Below are positions 36,985 through 50,429 of a stretch of DNA of 64,000 nucleotides, piece after piece. The position numbers and the translations under genes were made by a program. The notes beneath the pieces were generated by a model. The model saw only the letters and a program-made list of their open reading frames with translations. It was not told the origin of the DNA and searched no databases. Location of the stretch: the NCBI RefSeq assembly GCF_020745735.1, contig NW_026867635.1, positions 445,947-509,946 on the forward strand, written 5' to 3'. Source of the DNA: Hemiscyllium ocellatum (Eukaryota). Within the stretch, counting starts at the first letter, position 1, and each line of letters begins with the position of its first letter.

Positions 36985-39240
36985 GTAGGAGGTGGTGACT
37001 GAATGGGGTTAGCTTTGGCTTGTGAATCGTTCAAATCCTACTCCAGAACAGGGATTTTCATTCCAATCCGGATAAAAAATCTGGAATGAAGAGACTGATG
37101 GTGATCATTAAGCCATTATTATTTGCAGGGAAAGCCTCTGGTTTACTCATTTCATCAGTGAATGGACCTGCCTTGTATAGCCGATCCAACTGAAATGTAA
37201 CTCCAGACCCAAAGCGATGTGGATGACTCTGAACTGCTATTTGGGCACTTAGTGATAGGCAATAAATCTAGGCCCAGCCAGTGACGCCTTCATATCTTCA
37301 ATGCAAAAAGCAAAAAAAGAAGAAGCCATACACCCTTTCAGGCTTGCACCGCCACATTTTGCCCTTCCATTCTAAAACTGCCTTAATGTACAGGATCAGT
37401 ATCTCTCTACGTTTTTATTCTTTTCATGTGCGCGTCCAGATGCTTCTTGAACGCCACGATTGTGTCTTCTTGCACCATTTCCTCTGGCAGTGCAGCCCAG
37501 TCACTGACCATCCTTTGCGTGAAAACCGTGCCTTGGCCAACCCTTTCACCTTTCCCTTTCACATCTAGAAACTGTGTTCCCGGGAAATCTAACCCTCTAC
37601 AATGGGAAAAAAGGCATCATACTTTCTGCATTATCCAAGCTATTTTCAACCCTATACACTTCGACCAGTCGCCTCTCAAACATCTGCATTCAGCGAATAT
37701 AAACTTTTCTTCACAGGAGGATATCAAGCTTTCTTCATAGCGTAAAATCCCCCACATCAGACAATATCCTGTCGAAAGAGTACTTCCAACTTATCCATTC
37801 TGGTAAGTTGGTGACCAGAACTGTACACAATTTGTATTCAAAGCCCCTTGCAATGATGGCAAGCATGGCACAGGCTTTTTGAAAAATCCTTTCTATCCCA
37901 CTTCTCACATGTTCGTTATTTTTGAATCTACACAATCAAATCCCTTTTTTTATGTCACTACTCCTAAGGTTACTGTCAATGGTTTTACTATGTCCAACTG
38001 TTTTGGGCATTCCAAAATGTATCACCTTACAATTGTCGAAGTGTAACTGTATCTGCCTTTTTTCTTCCCGTGCCTCAAGCTGATGGAAATTCTGCTGCAT
38101 TTTCTGACAATCCACTTCACTATCTGCGACCAGTGGAGTGCCACAAGAATCAATACTGGGCCTTCTACTTTTTGTCATTGACATAAATGATTTGGTTGAG
38201 AGCATACGAGAGCATACGAGGTACAACTTGTAAGTTTGCCGATGACAGCGAATAGTGGACAGCGAATAGGGATACCTAAGGCTACAACAGGATCTGGACC
38301 AAATGGGCCAATGGGCTGAGAAGTGGCAGATGGAGTTTTATTCAGATAAATGCGAGGTGCTGCATTTTGTGAAAGCAAATCTTAGCAGTACTTATACACT
38401 TACTTTTAAGGTCCTAGGGAGTGTTGCTGAACTTAGACACCTTGGAGTGCAAGATCATAGCTCCTTGAAAGTGGGGTCACAGGTAGATACGATAGTGAAG
38501 TAGGCGTTTGTTATGCTTTCCTTTATTAGTCAAGAATATTGAGTGCAGGAATTGGGAGGTCATGTTGAGGCTGTACACGACATTGGATAGGCTACTGTTA
38601 GAATGTTGCGTCCAATTCTCGTTTCCTTCCTATCGGAAAGATGTTGTGAAACTTGAAAGGGTCCAGAAAAGATTCACAAGAATGTTGCCGGGGTTGGAGG
38701 ATCTGAGCTAAAGGGAGAGCTGGGGCTGTTTTCCCTGGAGCGTCAGAGGCTGAGAGGTGACCTTATAGAGGTTTCCGAATGTATGAGTGGCATAGATAGG
38801 ATAAATAGACAGAACGTTTTCCCTGGGATCGGGGAGTCCAGAAATACAGGGAAAGATATAAAAGAGACCTAAGGGGCAACTTTTTTCACGCAGAGGGTGG
38901 TATGTGTATGGAATGAACTGCCTGAGGATGTGGTGGAAGATTGTACAGTTGCAACATTTAAGAGGCATTTGAATGGGTATATGATTTGAAAGGGTTGAGA
39001 GGAATATGGGCCGGGTACTGGCAGGTGGAACGAAACTGGATTGGTATATCTTGTCGGCATGGGCGGGTTGGACCGAAGGCACTGTTTCCATGCTGTACAT
39101 CTCTATGACTCTATGACTCTAACTGCACCAATTTTTGTAGCATTCGCAAACTTGTTACTTAGGCCAGTTACATTTTGTTCAAATCATTTACGTTGATCAC
39201 AAACAGTGGAGGCCCAGATCTGGTCGATGTGGACCATAAG
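36985..39240. mobile_element. SINE, old minus-strand CR1, and nested plus-strand CR1 (38128-39120)
   Basis: MGQWAEKWQMEF..KCEVLHF, LECCVQFS; (CTATGACT)n tail at 39103-39120; host element resumes at 39121. Confidence 0.9.
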
Positions 39241-39398
39241 TCGAATAGCGTGTAAAAGAAGGAGCTGATAGTACCGCCTTATGGTGATTGAGTGTCTTTC
39301 CCGATAATAGCTTGGACATTCAGATGGTGCTTGTGACAGGAACGTGGTTGAAACTTAAAAAGACTGAGTGAAGTTAGACGTTACCGTCCCTGTAAAGA

Positions 39399-39696
39399 CA
39401 TGTCCCCCAATGCCAAGAGCCATTTCCTCCCTCAGTGTCAGTGCCGATTTAATTGATTTACTTATGTGTTACACACCTCTTGCAACAGAGAATAACGAAG
39501 GCCAGAAATTTTGTGAACTGGTTTATTGACGGAGTTGTTGCAACATGTGTTGACAATAGAATGAGTATACGTTGCAATTAACAGATGTTGTGTGAACGAC
39601 GGGTGGCTGCTCGGCATGAGTTGCCTTTCAGGCCCTATTCAAGTCCAAATAGTATGCGTAGAACAATGCAAGGATGAAAGATTTTGTCTAGGAAAG
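39399..39696 (+). pseudogene. Decayed Ig C1 exon (unit 9)
   Basis: LLMCY, FVNWFIDGV at 39520-39546, IVCVEQ; ends aag|gt. Confidence 0.55.
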
Positions 39697-40269
39697 GTCT
39701 CATAGAGATGAACTCACTGATTGTGTTAATGCAGCTCAACTTGTTAAACATTTTCGAGGTATGCTGTCAACGACTTAGAAACATAGGATTTCTGTTAGCA
39801 ACCATGCCCATTTGCTTTCATTTTCAATGAATCACATAACTTGATAGTCCAGAGTCAGTCACCTCTCCCTTTTTGCGCTCCAGCATATAGATGGTGAGCT
39901 GTCTTCTTAGCGTGAATAACTAAAAAAAATCCATTATATTTTTGCATATCTGAAGATATTTTCGGACCCATTTTACAGACAATATCATCCTAATTCTTGT
40001 TACTAGCGATCAATTGTTTATTAGGCAAAAGTGATGACTGCAGATGCTGGAAACCAGCGTTTAAATCATAGTAGTGCTGGAAAAACAAAGCAGGTCAGGC
40101 AGCATCTTAGGAGCACGAAAATTGACTTTTCGGGCAAAAGCCCTTCATTCGCAATAGAAAGTCAACTCGAGTTTTTCACCTAATTACTGACCCTTGCAAG
40201 ATGGATATTTTTCCCCTCTAGTATCTGAAAACTTTCATTGGGACAATATTTCCACATCATATAACTAAG

Positions 40270-40540
40270 CATTCAAATGGATGGTAAACTAGAATTTTAT
40301 GCTGACAGCTCATCTTTGTTTTTAATTTGCTATGTTGCAGTCCGGTCCCATTGTTATTGAAACGGCATTGAGAAATCTTTATTGAAATCTTTAATGAAAT
40401 TAAATTAAATGTCCTCTTAATCTTCTCTGCTGGAAGTTGAACTGGCCAAATTTGCTAATTGTCCACTGTAAATGTATTATATCCACGGACGAGTACTTGC
40501 ATTTGCATCGGTTTCTCATACTCTTCACATTCTGCCTATC
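40270..40540 (+). pseudogene. Decayed Ig C1 exon (unit 9)
   Basis: SSLFLICYVA ... ICI(fs)VSHTL. Confidence 0.4.
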
Positions 40541-40619
40541 TTTCACTCTGACTAAATCCAGTTGTCTGTGGCACTCAGTTAAGACAAAGGTTATTTAATT
40601 TAAATTTTAACTTAACTAA

Positions 40620-41150
40620 CCCATTGCGTAGGTTCTAGAGCACTGCCTCAATGATGTGGATGCTTTGAAGAGGGTTTGAAATAAAATTGCCTGGCTGTTG
40701 CCGGGTATGGGGCATCTTAAGCTTTGAAGAAGGATTTGCTAAATTGGATTTGTTTTCATTGGAACGCAAGAGGTTGAGTCGCGAACTAATAGAAGTTCAT
40801 AAGATTGTGAATAGCATGGGTAGAATAGAACATATGAGGGCTTTTCCCTGGGTTGTGGGTTATTTAAATAGTGACACAGGTTAAAGGTGTGAGTTGGAAA
40901 GTTCAAAAGAGATGCACGAGACGACAAGTTTTCATTTGCACAAAATACGTTAGAATACATTGTCAGAGGAGGTGGTGAAAGCGGACTCAATCGTACCATG
41001 CACCTGGACAATAATACAAATAGAAGGGAATAGAGAGAAACGGATCGTCTTAGTGAAGACAATTTTAGAATAGACGAACAAAATGTTGCCGCGCAGGTTT
41101 GGAAGGCAAATGGCTTGTTGCTGAACTGTGTTGTTATTTGTTCTTTGCTC
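40620..41150 (+). mobile_element. Old CR1 3' fragment
   Basis: LDLFSLERKRLSRELIEVHKIV. Confidence 0.85.
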
Positions 41151-41276
41151 TACGTTTTGTTCAGATTCTAAGATAATATCCGTGCATATCTATGGCATTT
41201 TTTCTCAACAGTGAATGTAGTGACAATTGTTATGTTATACCGCGAGATGTTTGATCTATCCAAATGTGTCAATCTT

Positions 41277-44200
41277 TACCAGTGTGAAATGGACGTTGTG
41301 GACTTACTGGTTATCACCTTCGAGAGAGGATTCTGAGTCATCCAAGATGGAGGACGGGAAAAAAATTCTGGATGGGTGAGCTGCTTTTTTTTTAGGTATT
41401 TCATGTGTTGGAGGTGATTTTCTTGAATTCCAGGAGCAGCAATTACGGTTTTACATGGTGTTGCATTGTTTTGGAACATTGGAAAAAAGAATGGCAAAAC
41501 AACAGCAGTTTAAAAGGGAGAGGAGCAGACAAAGGAAACACATGACAAGGACAGTGCGGGAGAGAGAGAGAAAGAGGAAACCTGCACAGTTGCTAACTTT
41601 GCTGTTCGAATTCATGTATCGCCGGACATCGGAGTGCATCTGAGAAAATTACCAAACAGTGAAATTTACAACTAATCTTGGAAAAACTGTTGGGCGAAGT
41701 TCACAGCACAGAATCAGATAAGTTAATTGTTGTTTTAAATCTGTCCAAGAGAAAGAGTGCAGTAGTGAGTACAGTGGATTCTTTCTTAATTATATGTTTT
41801 TTTGCAGATAAGTCTCTTGTTTATATCTAAAATATAAGCCATAGCTATTAACTTAACCTGGGGTAGTATTTGTAGAGGAAGAAGAGGGTGTTATTTTCTA
41901 GGTCTGTCGATTGTGAGGAGCAACAATTATCTTTCAGTGATATGGACTTCTTGTCAGATGTGGGACCTTAAAGAGAGTTTAAGAGTTACTGCCATAAATG
42001 CTGCAGGATGCGAATCTTATCAGATCGAGTGGATCTGTTGGAAAGACAGATAGAAGCGATGAGGAATTTGCAACAGTAAATGTATGTCATGGATGGCAGT
42101 TATAGGTAGGGGGAAAGTCTCAGATGCAGTCACATAGATGGGTTAACTCCGGGAGGGTAAGAGAGGTAGGCAGCTAGTGCAGGAATCTTTTGTGGACATA
42201 CTCATTTCAAACAGGTATGCTGCTTTGGAAAATGTAGGGGGTGATGGATTCTCAGGGAAACGTCGCACGAACAGTCAAATTTCTGGTGTTGAGACTGGCT
42301 CTAATGCAACAAGGGAACGTCGGCTTACAAAAGATCAACTGTTAGGGGATTGTGTAGTCAAAGGTATAGACAGAGGTTTCTGTGGTCAGCAGAGAAAGAG
42401 CAGAATGATGTGTTGTTTCCCTGGTGCTAGGATCAAGGATGTCTCAGAGAGGGAGCAGAATGTTTTCACTGGGGAGAGGGGCCAGCAGGAGGTCATTGTG
42501 CACATTGGAACCAACGACATTGTAAGGGAAAAGACTGAGGTTCTGATGAGAGTTAGGCAGAAATTTAAAAAGGAGGTCGTCAAGGAAAATAATATCTGGA
42601 TTACTCACAGTGCTAAGAACTAAGGAGAGCAGGAATAGGAGGGTAGATGAATACAAGGCTAAGAAGCTGGTGTATGGGAGAAGGATTCACATTTTCGGAT
42701 CATTGGAATGTCTTTTGGGGTGGAAGTGGCCTGTACAAGAAAGACGGATTACAAGTAAATTGGAAGAAGATTAATATACTGGCAGGAAAATTTCCTAGAA
42801 CTACTNNNNNNNNNNNNNNNNNNNNNNNNNNNNNNNNNNNNNNNNNNNNNNNNNNNNNNNNNNNNNNNNNNNNNNNNNNNNNNNNNNNNNNNNNNNNNNN
42901 NNNNNNNNNNNNNNNNNNNNNNNNNNNNNNNNNNNNNNNNNNNNNNNNNNNGATAGTACAAATAAACTGCATTTATTTCACAACAAGGAACCTAACAGGG
43001 AAGGCAGACGAACTAAGGGTATGGTTAGCAACATGGGACTGGGATATCTTAGCAATTATGGAAACATGGCTCAGGGATGGGTAGAACTGGCAGCTTAATA
43101 TTCCAGTATACTAATGCCACAGGAAGGATAGAAAGGGAGGCAAGAGAGGAGGGGGGAGAGGCATTTTTGATAAGGGATAGCATTACAGCGGTGCAGAGGG
43201 AGAATATTCCCGGAATTACATCCAGGGAAGTTAGTTGGGTGGAACTCAGAAATAAGAAAGGGATGATCACCTTATTGGGATTGAAAAATAGAGCCCCCAA
43301 TAGTCAGAGGGAAATTGAGAAACAAACTTGTAAGGAGATCTCAGCTTTCTGTAAGAGTAATAGGTTAGTTATGGAAGGGGATTTTAACTTTCGAAACATC
43401 AACTGGCACTGCCATAGTGTTAAAGATTCAGATGGAGAGGAATGCCTACAGTGTGTACAAGACAATTTTCTAATTCAGTATGAGGATGTACCTACTAGAA
43501 AAGGTGCAAACTTGACCTACTCTTGGGAAATAAAGCAGGGCAGGTGACTGAGGTGTCAGTGGGGGCGCACTTTCGGGCCAGGATTCGTTTCAAAATAGTG
43601 ATGGCAAAGGATAGATCAGATCTAAAAGTTGAAATTCTAAATTGGAGAAAGGCCAATTTTGACTGTATTTGGCAAGAGCTTTCGAAAGCTGATTGGAGGC
43701 AGATGTTCGCAGAGAAAGGGACGCTGGAAAAGGGGAAGCCTTCAGAAACGAGATGACAAGAATCCAGAGAAAGTGTATTCCTGACAGGATGAAAGGGAAG
43801 GCTGGTAGGTATAGGCAATGTTGGATGACGAAAGAAATTGAGCGTTTGTTTAACAAAAAGAAGGAAACATATGTCAGTTATAGAGAGGAGAGATCGGGCG
43901 AATCCTTAGAGTAGAAAGAAAGTAGGAGTATACTTAAGAGGGAAATCCGGAGGGCAAAACGTGGACATGAGATAGCTTCCCCAGATAGAATTAAAGAGAA
44001 TCCAAAGGGTTTTTACAAATATATTAAGGACAAATGGGTAACGATGGAAATAATAGGGTCCCTCAAGGATCAGCAAGCCGGCCTTTGTGGGGAGTCTGAG
44101 AAAATGGGGGAGATACTAAATGAATATTTTGCATCAATATTTATTGTGAAATGGATATAGAAGACATAGACTGCAGGGAAATAGATGGTGACAACTTCCA

Positions 44201-45825
44201 AAATGTTCAGATTACAGAGGAGGAAGGGCGGGATGTCTTGAAACAGTTAAAGGTGAATGAATCACCTGGACCTGATCAGGTGTACTCAAGACCTCTATAT
44301 AACGCTAAGGAAGTGATTGCTGGGCCTGTTGCTGAGATATTTGTATTTTTGATAGTCACAGATGAGGTGCCAGAAGACTGAAGGTTGGCAAACGTGGTGC
44401 CACTGTTTAAGAAGGGCGGTAAAGACAAGCCAGGGATATATAATCCTGACCTCGGTAGTGGGCAAGTTATTGGAGGGTATCCTGAGGGACATGATGTACA
44501 TGTATTTGGAAAGGCAAGGACTGATTTGGGATAGTCAACATGGCATTGTGCGTGGGAAATCATGTCTCACAAACTTGATTGAGTTTTTTGCAGAAGTAAC
44601 AAAGAAGACTGATGAGGGCAGAGCAGCAGATGTGATCAATATGGACTTCCGTAAGGCCTTCGACAAGGTTCCCATGGGAGACTGATTAGCAAGGTCAGAT
44701 CTCATGGAATAAAGGGAGAACTAGCAATTTGGATACAGAACTGGCTCAAAGGTAGAATACAGAGGGTGGGGATGGAGGGTTGTTTTTCAGACTGGAGGCC
44801 TGTGACCAGTGGAGTGCCACAAGAATCAGTGCTCGGCCCTTTACTTTTTTTCATTTACATAAATGATTTGGATGCGAGCATTAGAGGTACAGCTTGTAAG
44901 TTTGCCGATGACACCAAAATTGTAGGTGTCGTGGACAGCGAAGAGGGTTACCTCAGATTACAACAGGATCTGGACCAGATGGGCCAATGGGCTGAGCGGT
45001 GGCAGATGGAGTTCAATTCAGATAAATGCGAGGTGCTGCATTTTGTGAAAGCAAATCTTAGCAGGATTTCTACACTGAATTGTAAAGTCCTCCTGAGTTT
45101 TGCTGAACAAAGAGACCTTTGAGTGCAGGTTCATAGCTCCTTGAAAGTGGGATCGCAGGTAGATTAGATAGTGAAGAAGTCGTTTGGTATGCTTTCCTTG
45201 ATTGGTCAGAGTATGGAGTACAGGAGTTGGGAGGTCATGATGTGGCTATACAGGACATTGGATAAGCCACTGTTGGAATATTGCGTGCAATTCTGGTCTC
45301 CTTCCTATCGGAAAGATCTTATGAAACTTGAAAGGGTTCGTAAACGATTTGCAAGCATGTTGCCCGGGTTGAGGGATCTGAGCCAAAGGGAGAGGCTGAA
45401 CAGGGTGGGGCTGTTTCCCTTGGAGTGTCGGAGGCTGAGGGGTGAGCTTATGGAGGTGTACAAAATTATGAGGGGCATGGATTAGATAAGTACACAAAGT
45501 CTTTTCCCTACGGTCGGGGAGTCCAGAACTAGGGAGCATAGGTTTAGGATGCGAGGGGAAAGGTACAAAAGAATTCTCATGGGCAACTTCTTAACGCAGA
45601 GAGTGGTATGTGTATGGAATGAGCTGCCAGAGAATGTGGTGGAAGCTGGTACAATTGCAACTTGAAGAGGCATTTGGGTGGGTATATGATTAGGAAGTGT
45701 TTGGAGGAATATTGGCCAGGTGCTGGCAGATGTGACTAGTTTGGATTTGGATATCTTGTCGGCATGGTCAGTTTGGACCTAAGGGTTTTTCCCATATTGT
45801 ATATGTGTATGATTCTATGACTCTA
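41277..45825 (+). mobile_element. Near full-length decayed CR1 LINE (5' UTR, esterase ORF1, EN-RT ORF2)
   Basis: ORF1 ISNRYAAL..CCFPGARIKDV..VHIGTND; ORF2 DILAIMETWL, MDFRKAFDKV, SGVPQESVLGP, KFADDTKI; CTATGACT tail; N-gap 42806-42951. Confidence 0.95.
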
Positions 45826-45923
45826 TCTCATATCCAGTCACAATCCAATTGTTTACTGAGAACACTTTCATTTCTCCATTTCTATTCCCGAATGTAATAT
45901 CCATACTGTCCTACTTTATGCAG

Positions 45924-46130
45924 TCGCTGACTGTTATGAACGGTACACTGTGACTTTCCCATTTGATAAATTGTTGCCATTTGCTGCCCGAAGCTAAAAG
46001 AAAATACTGCACTGAAAGAAGAGCCAATATGATTCTGGGAACTGTGATTGCTTTCGGCTGCATGAATATATCTCTTTTTTTTTGGTTTTTCATGTTACAA
46101 AGTAAATATTTCCATGTCACCTTACCCTGA
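45924..46130 (+). pseudogene. IgH-type TM exon (unit 9)
   Basis: tttatgcag|; KEEPI*FW(fs)TVIAFGCMNISLFFWFF...HVTL resembles W-T-x-STFIxLF...VTL. Confidence 0.45.
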
Positions 46131-46649
46131 TTTTCTTACATAAGAGAAAATATTTTATAATCGATGTTCTGGGTGACAATTGAGTTTCTACCAGATGTAC
46201 TTACATTATATTTCACTTCCATCCTGATTTTGAAAAATATTTTATTTACAAGAAGAGCTGGTAGGAGAATTTATACTTCTCCTAGTGGCACTGACCCAGA
46301 AATGAGCTCTTGATTTGCTGTTCGAATACTGCTATTTGTGCTGTAATGTAGACTAAATACAGAAATAATTTTGCAAATATATTGAAATTCCCATTTAGTT
46401 TAATTATTTAATTAACTGAGAGATTAGAAGGAATGAATTATTGAAGATATGCAAAATAATCCTCTTTTTGTAATATGTTGATGCAATCATGTTAGTTTGG
46501 GTTGGCCAAAATCTGTATGAAACAGAAGGTGGGCTTCTCTTATTTTCTGAGTTGAGAAAGAGAACAGAGAATGCCGCTACGAAACTAAGAACAGCTGCAT
46601 TAGTGGCCATGAGATGACCGTGATTGTTTTACCTTCTGTCCTGTTTTCT

Positions 46650-46960
46650 CATCGGAGATTGTCTTATCCGGCCAGCAAAAATGACCGAAGACTAATCGTG
46701 ATGTTGGTAGCTCGAAAAAACCGAGTGAAGTTGTCAGAATAGGTCACAATCTCAGAAGATAAACTGGAAGAAACATTTTTCGTACACTGAAGCAAGCCAA
46801 GTATTATTGGTATTGTAAAGTCATACATTATGCAAGTCTGATGCTATTATTAAAGGTTAGATAGCGTTACTGCACAGAGGTCAACAGAAATTCTCACGTA
46901 ACTCTTTGACAAAATAATTCCCTCTGGACAATGTTTTCGGTAATTACATCACAGGTTACC
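46650..46960 (+). pseudogene. Decayed V-like exon (unit 10)
   Basis: NRVKLSE*VT, (fs)KINWKKH, NRNSHVTL, FGNYIT. Confidence 0.35.
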
Positions 46961-46964
46961 AGTG

Positions 46965-47740
46965 TTTATCCATGATAAATGACTAAACATAATATCAAGA
47001 AATTGCTAAATGCACATGAAATTGGTAAAGCTGTCAACCCTGACAAATTTTCAGGCCAGAAAAATGAAGACTTGTGAAATGCGACCAGCTGCTTGATAGA
47101 CTCTTTTTCGTTACTATCTGCAATGCTGGCATCAACCCGACGATATGGAACATTACCCACGCATACCCTGAAACCAATTGCCGCCACATCACACTTGCCT
47201 GCGTTAGGAATATTTTGAGGAAAGGTGTCATCAACAGACCGATCAAAGAGCACTTGCTCAACACCAACTCGCTCACTAGTAACCATCTGTTTTTTTTTTC
47301 TGACTCCTCATTTCCTAAATTCTTTGCAGCCTTGAGAATGCAGATTACTTCCAAGGGTGAAATGAAAATGTTTCCCATTCACATCAATGCCGTGTTTGAC
47401 AGTTTTCTTTGTGCCATGTATGCATCATCAAGGAGCTCTCGAAAAACTAGAATCAAAGATGCTTACATCTATTCATTGATTGTGACGAAATCTGGCACAA
47501 ATAATTTGGTGGTTATACAGCAGTTTGCACAGCTGCAGAACATTTCCACAGTTGTTTATCCTTGACTTGGCAATCTTTCACAGCTTCATCAATGATATCC
47601 CCAATTTGGGACAACAACCGGCTTCGTGCTGAAAACCGGCAAATACAATTTTTGGAGCAGAGTTGTCAGGCAATCGTCATATCTATTGAAACTAAACCAT
47701 CCTATGGCATTCAATGACATTGTCCATCTCTGAATCCACA
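46965..47740 (+). mobile_element. Old non-LTR RT fragment
   Basis: NAGINPTIWNITHAYP..NCRHITL..RKGVINRPIKEHLLNTNSLTSNHLFF..NAVFD. Confidence 0.75.
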
Positions 47741-47889
47741 AGAGAAAGCGTGTGAGTTAAAATAATGGGAACACACTTTGTAAACGAGGCTTTTTTGCAC
47801 ATCCAGTCTGTACTGACCAAAATGCATAATTATCTTTACCACACTTTTACACATGAAGAATTTTTAAATATTTTTTCACCGTGGATATT

Positions 47890-49330
47890 AGATATTAGGA
47901 CACTTCAAGTGCTCATCCAATTACATGATTTTAAAATGTTACGTTTATTGTCGCCTCAATTGCCATTCCAAACAATACATTGCAGACCATCATCCGAGGG
48001 AAAGCGTTTTTCCTCAAATCCCTTCAAATTATGATGCTTGATATTGAACATTACTTTCAGGGGAGTGGCAGTTTTCTATTCACACTTACTATTCCTGTCA
48101 TCAGTGTGCATACCTCTATCAGGTCTCTGCTCAGCCTTCTCTTCCATAAATAAACAACCTGACATTAATCAATCGCCCTTTGTACCTGAAATGCTCCATC
48201 TCTGGCAATATTTCAGTAAACCTCTTTTACATCTATACAGTGCAACCACGTCTGTTCCAGTGTTATTGAGACTAGACGTTCACAGTAATCCAGCTGTCGC
48301 CTTACCAAAGACCTATACAATTAGAAAATGACTCCTGCTGTTAGAATCTATGCCAGGGAAATGTCTGTTATGCCATCCTAATTAGCAGTTCACCGTTGTG
48401 GGATATTTGGATAAACACACCAACATTATCCGGTTCATCTGGGGTTCGTAACATCTTGCTTTTCAAGGTAGCTCGATAACAACTATGACTGCCACACAGT
48501 ATCAAATATGTGGATTTAATTCCAGCCTTGGGTGACTGTCTGCCAGAGTATGCACTCCCTCCTTGTGTCTGCAGGCATTTCGACTGTGTGATATGGTTTC
48601 TTTCAACAGTGCAAGGCTTTTCGGATGAGGTGAATTGGATGGAAGAAATTACCCTGTATTGTCCAGAGAAGTGAACGTTGATTAAAAGTGTGTTGCTTGA
48701 AAAGTGCAGCAGGTCAGGCAGCGTTAAAGAAGTTCCTGTGATGCTGCCTGACCTGCTGCGCCGTTCCAGCAACACACTGTTAAGCTCTGATCCCAACATT
48801 TGCAGTTATCATTTTCTCCTTGTTATATTGATTAACCATGGTAAATGCAGATGTTGACGACAGGGCTGGGGAGAATGAATTGCTCAGCTTGGGATGATCT
48901 TCGAAGATTCTCTGTTGAATCTACGGGCAAAATTACCTTTTTCTTCATTGGAAGCATTCCATAGCACAATTTGTCTAGTTCCTTCTTCCAAATGTTGTCA
49001 CCTCAGATGTATCAGTGTCAAATTTCATCCGATACTGATCTGTACATCAGACCAATCCATCCTGTAACCTAATTCTGTTCAGCTCAACCACCCGGCCAAT
49101 TGTTGGATCATCTGAAAAACTTGCTTATCTTCTTTCCCACAATCTCATTTATGTTATGGTTTGATTCGAATATCAAAGGCCCACTGTTGATCATAGCAGT
49201 AGATCCTGTCATTCCGACTCCAAGTAGGTTCCCTCTATTACACTCTGGGTCGTGCAACGAAGCCAATTTTGAACCCAAATTCTGAACTTACCCTGATATC
49301 ATGAGCTTTTGTGTTCTTTATCTCCGTCTG
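47890..49330. mobile_element. Old minus-strand CR1 fragment with nested SINE and short palindrome (48685-48785)
   Basis: CR1 3' similarity; inverted arms GTGTGTTGC..GCAGGTCAGGCAGC / GCTGCCTGACCTGC..GCAACACAC. Confidence 0.65.
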
Positions 49331-49335
49331 TGATA

Positions 49336-50335
49336 GCGGAGCAGGTCAGGCAGCATCAAAGGATCAGGAAAATCAACGTTTCGGATATAGGCTCCTCTTC
49401 AGGAATGAGGAAGGTCTGCCAAGCAGGCTAGGATAAAAGGGAGGGAGGATGGACTTGGGAGAGGGGCTCTGGGAATACGATAGGTGGAAGTAGGTTAAGG
49501 TGAAGGTGATTGGACGGAGAGTGGGTGCGGACGGAGAGGTCAGGAAGAAGATTGCAGCTCAAGAAGGCGGTACTGAGTCTGAGGTTTGGGATTGAGAAAA
49601 GGTGGGTGGAAGGGAAATGAGAAAGCTGGAGAAATCTGCATTCATCCCTTGTGGTTGGAGGGTTCCTAGGCGGAAGATGAGGCCTTCTTCCTCTAGGCGT
49701 TGTGTTGCAATGGTCTGGCGATGGAGAAGGCCAAGGACCTGCATGTCTTTGGCGGAGTGGGAGAACGAGTTAAAGTGTTCAGCCACGGGGCGGTTGGGTT
49801 CGTTGTTGCGGGTGTCCCAGAAGTGTTCTCTGAAATATTCCGCAAGGAGGCAGCATGTCTCCCTAATGTATTGGAGGCTACATTGGGTGCAGCGGATGCA
49901 GTAAATGATGTGTGTGGAGGTGCAGGTGAATTTCGGATGGATATGAAAGGATTCCTCCAACCACAAGAGATTATTGCAGATTTCTCCAGCTTTCACATTT
50001 CTGCTCCTCCCACCCTTTCTCGCTCCCAACCCTCAGACTCAGCACCGCCTTCTTGACGTGCAATCTTCTTCAAGACCTCTCTGCCCAACCCCTCTCCAGC
50101 CTATCACCCTCACCTTAACATCCTTCCAACTGTCGTACTCCCATCGCCCCTCCCCCAGTTCCCTCCTCCCCACCTTTTATCTTAGCCTGCTTGGCACACC
50201 CTCCTCATGCCTGAAGAAGGGCTTATTTCCGAAACGTCGAATCTCCTGCTCCTTTGATGCTGCCTGACCTGCTGTGCTTATCCAGCAACACATTTTTAAG
50301 TTCTGATCTCCAGCATCTGCAGTCCTCACATTCTC
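49336..50335. mobile_element. Penelope 3' end with inverted terminal copy
   Basis: Minus ORF 49559-50029 GIY-YIG (IIYCIRCTQCSLQYIRET..RLEEEGLIFRLGTLQPQGMN); inverted copy from about 49975; flanking direct repeat TCTCCGTCTGT(G/C)ATA at 49321 and 50332; hammerhead cores at about 49373 and 50210. Confidence 0.9.
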
Positions 50336-50429
50336 CGTCTGTCATATCCATGCTGATATGCCTGATCAACGCTGTCACTCTAAGTCCAACAATGTGAAGA
50401 TTAGTTGGATTGGCCATGCCAAATTGTGC

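Noticed and set aside
45946-45952. Perfect CACTGTG heptamer as a J-RSS
   Set aside because: No nonamer at 12 or 23 spacing; it lies inside the TM-like exon
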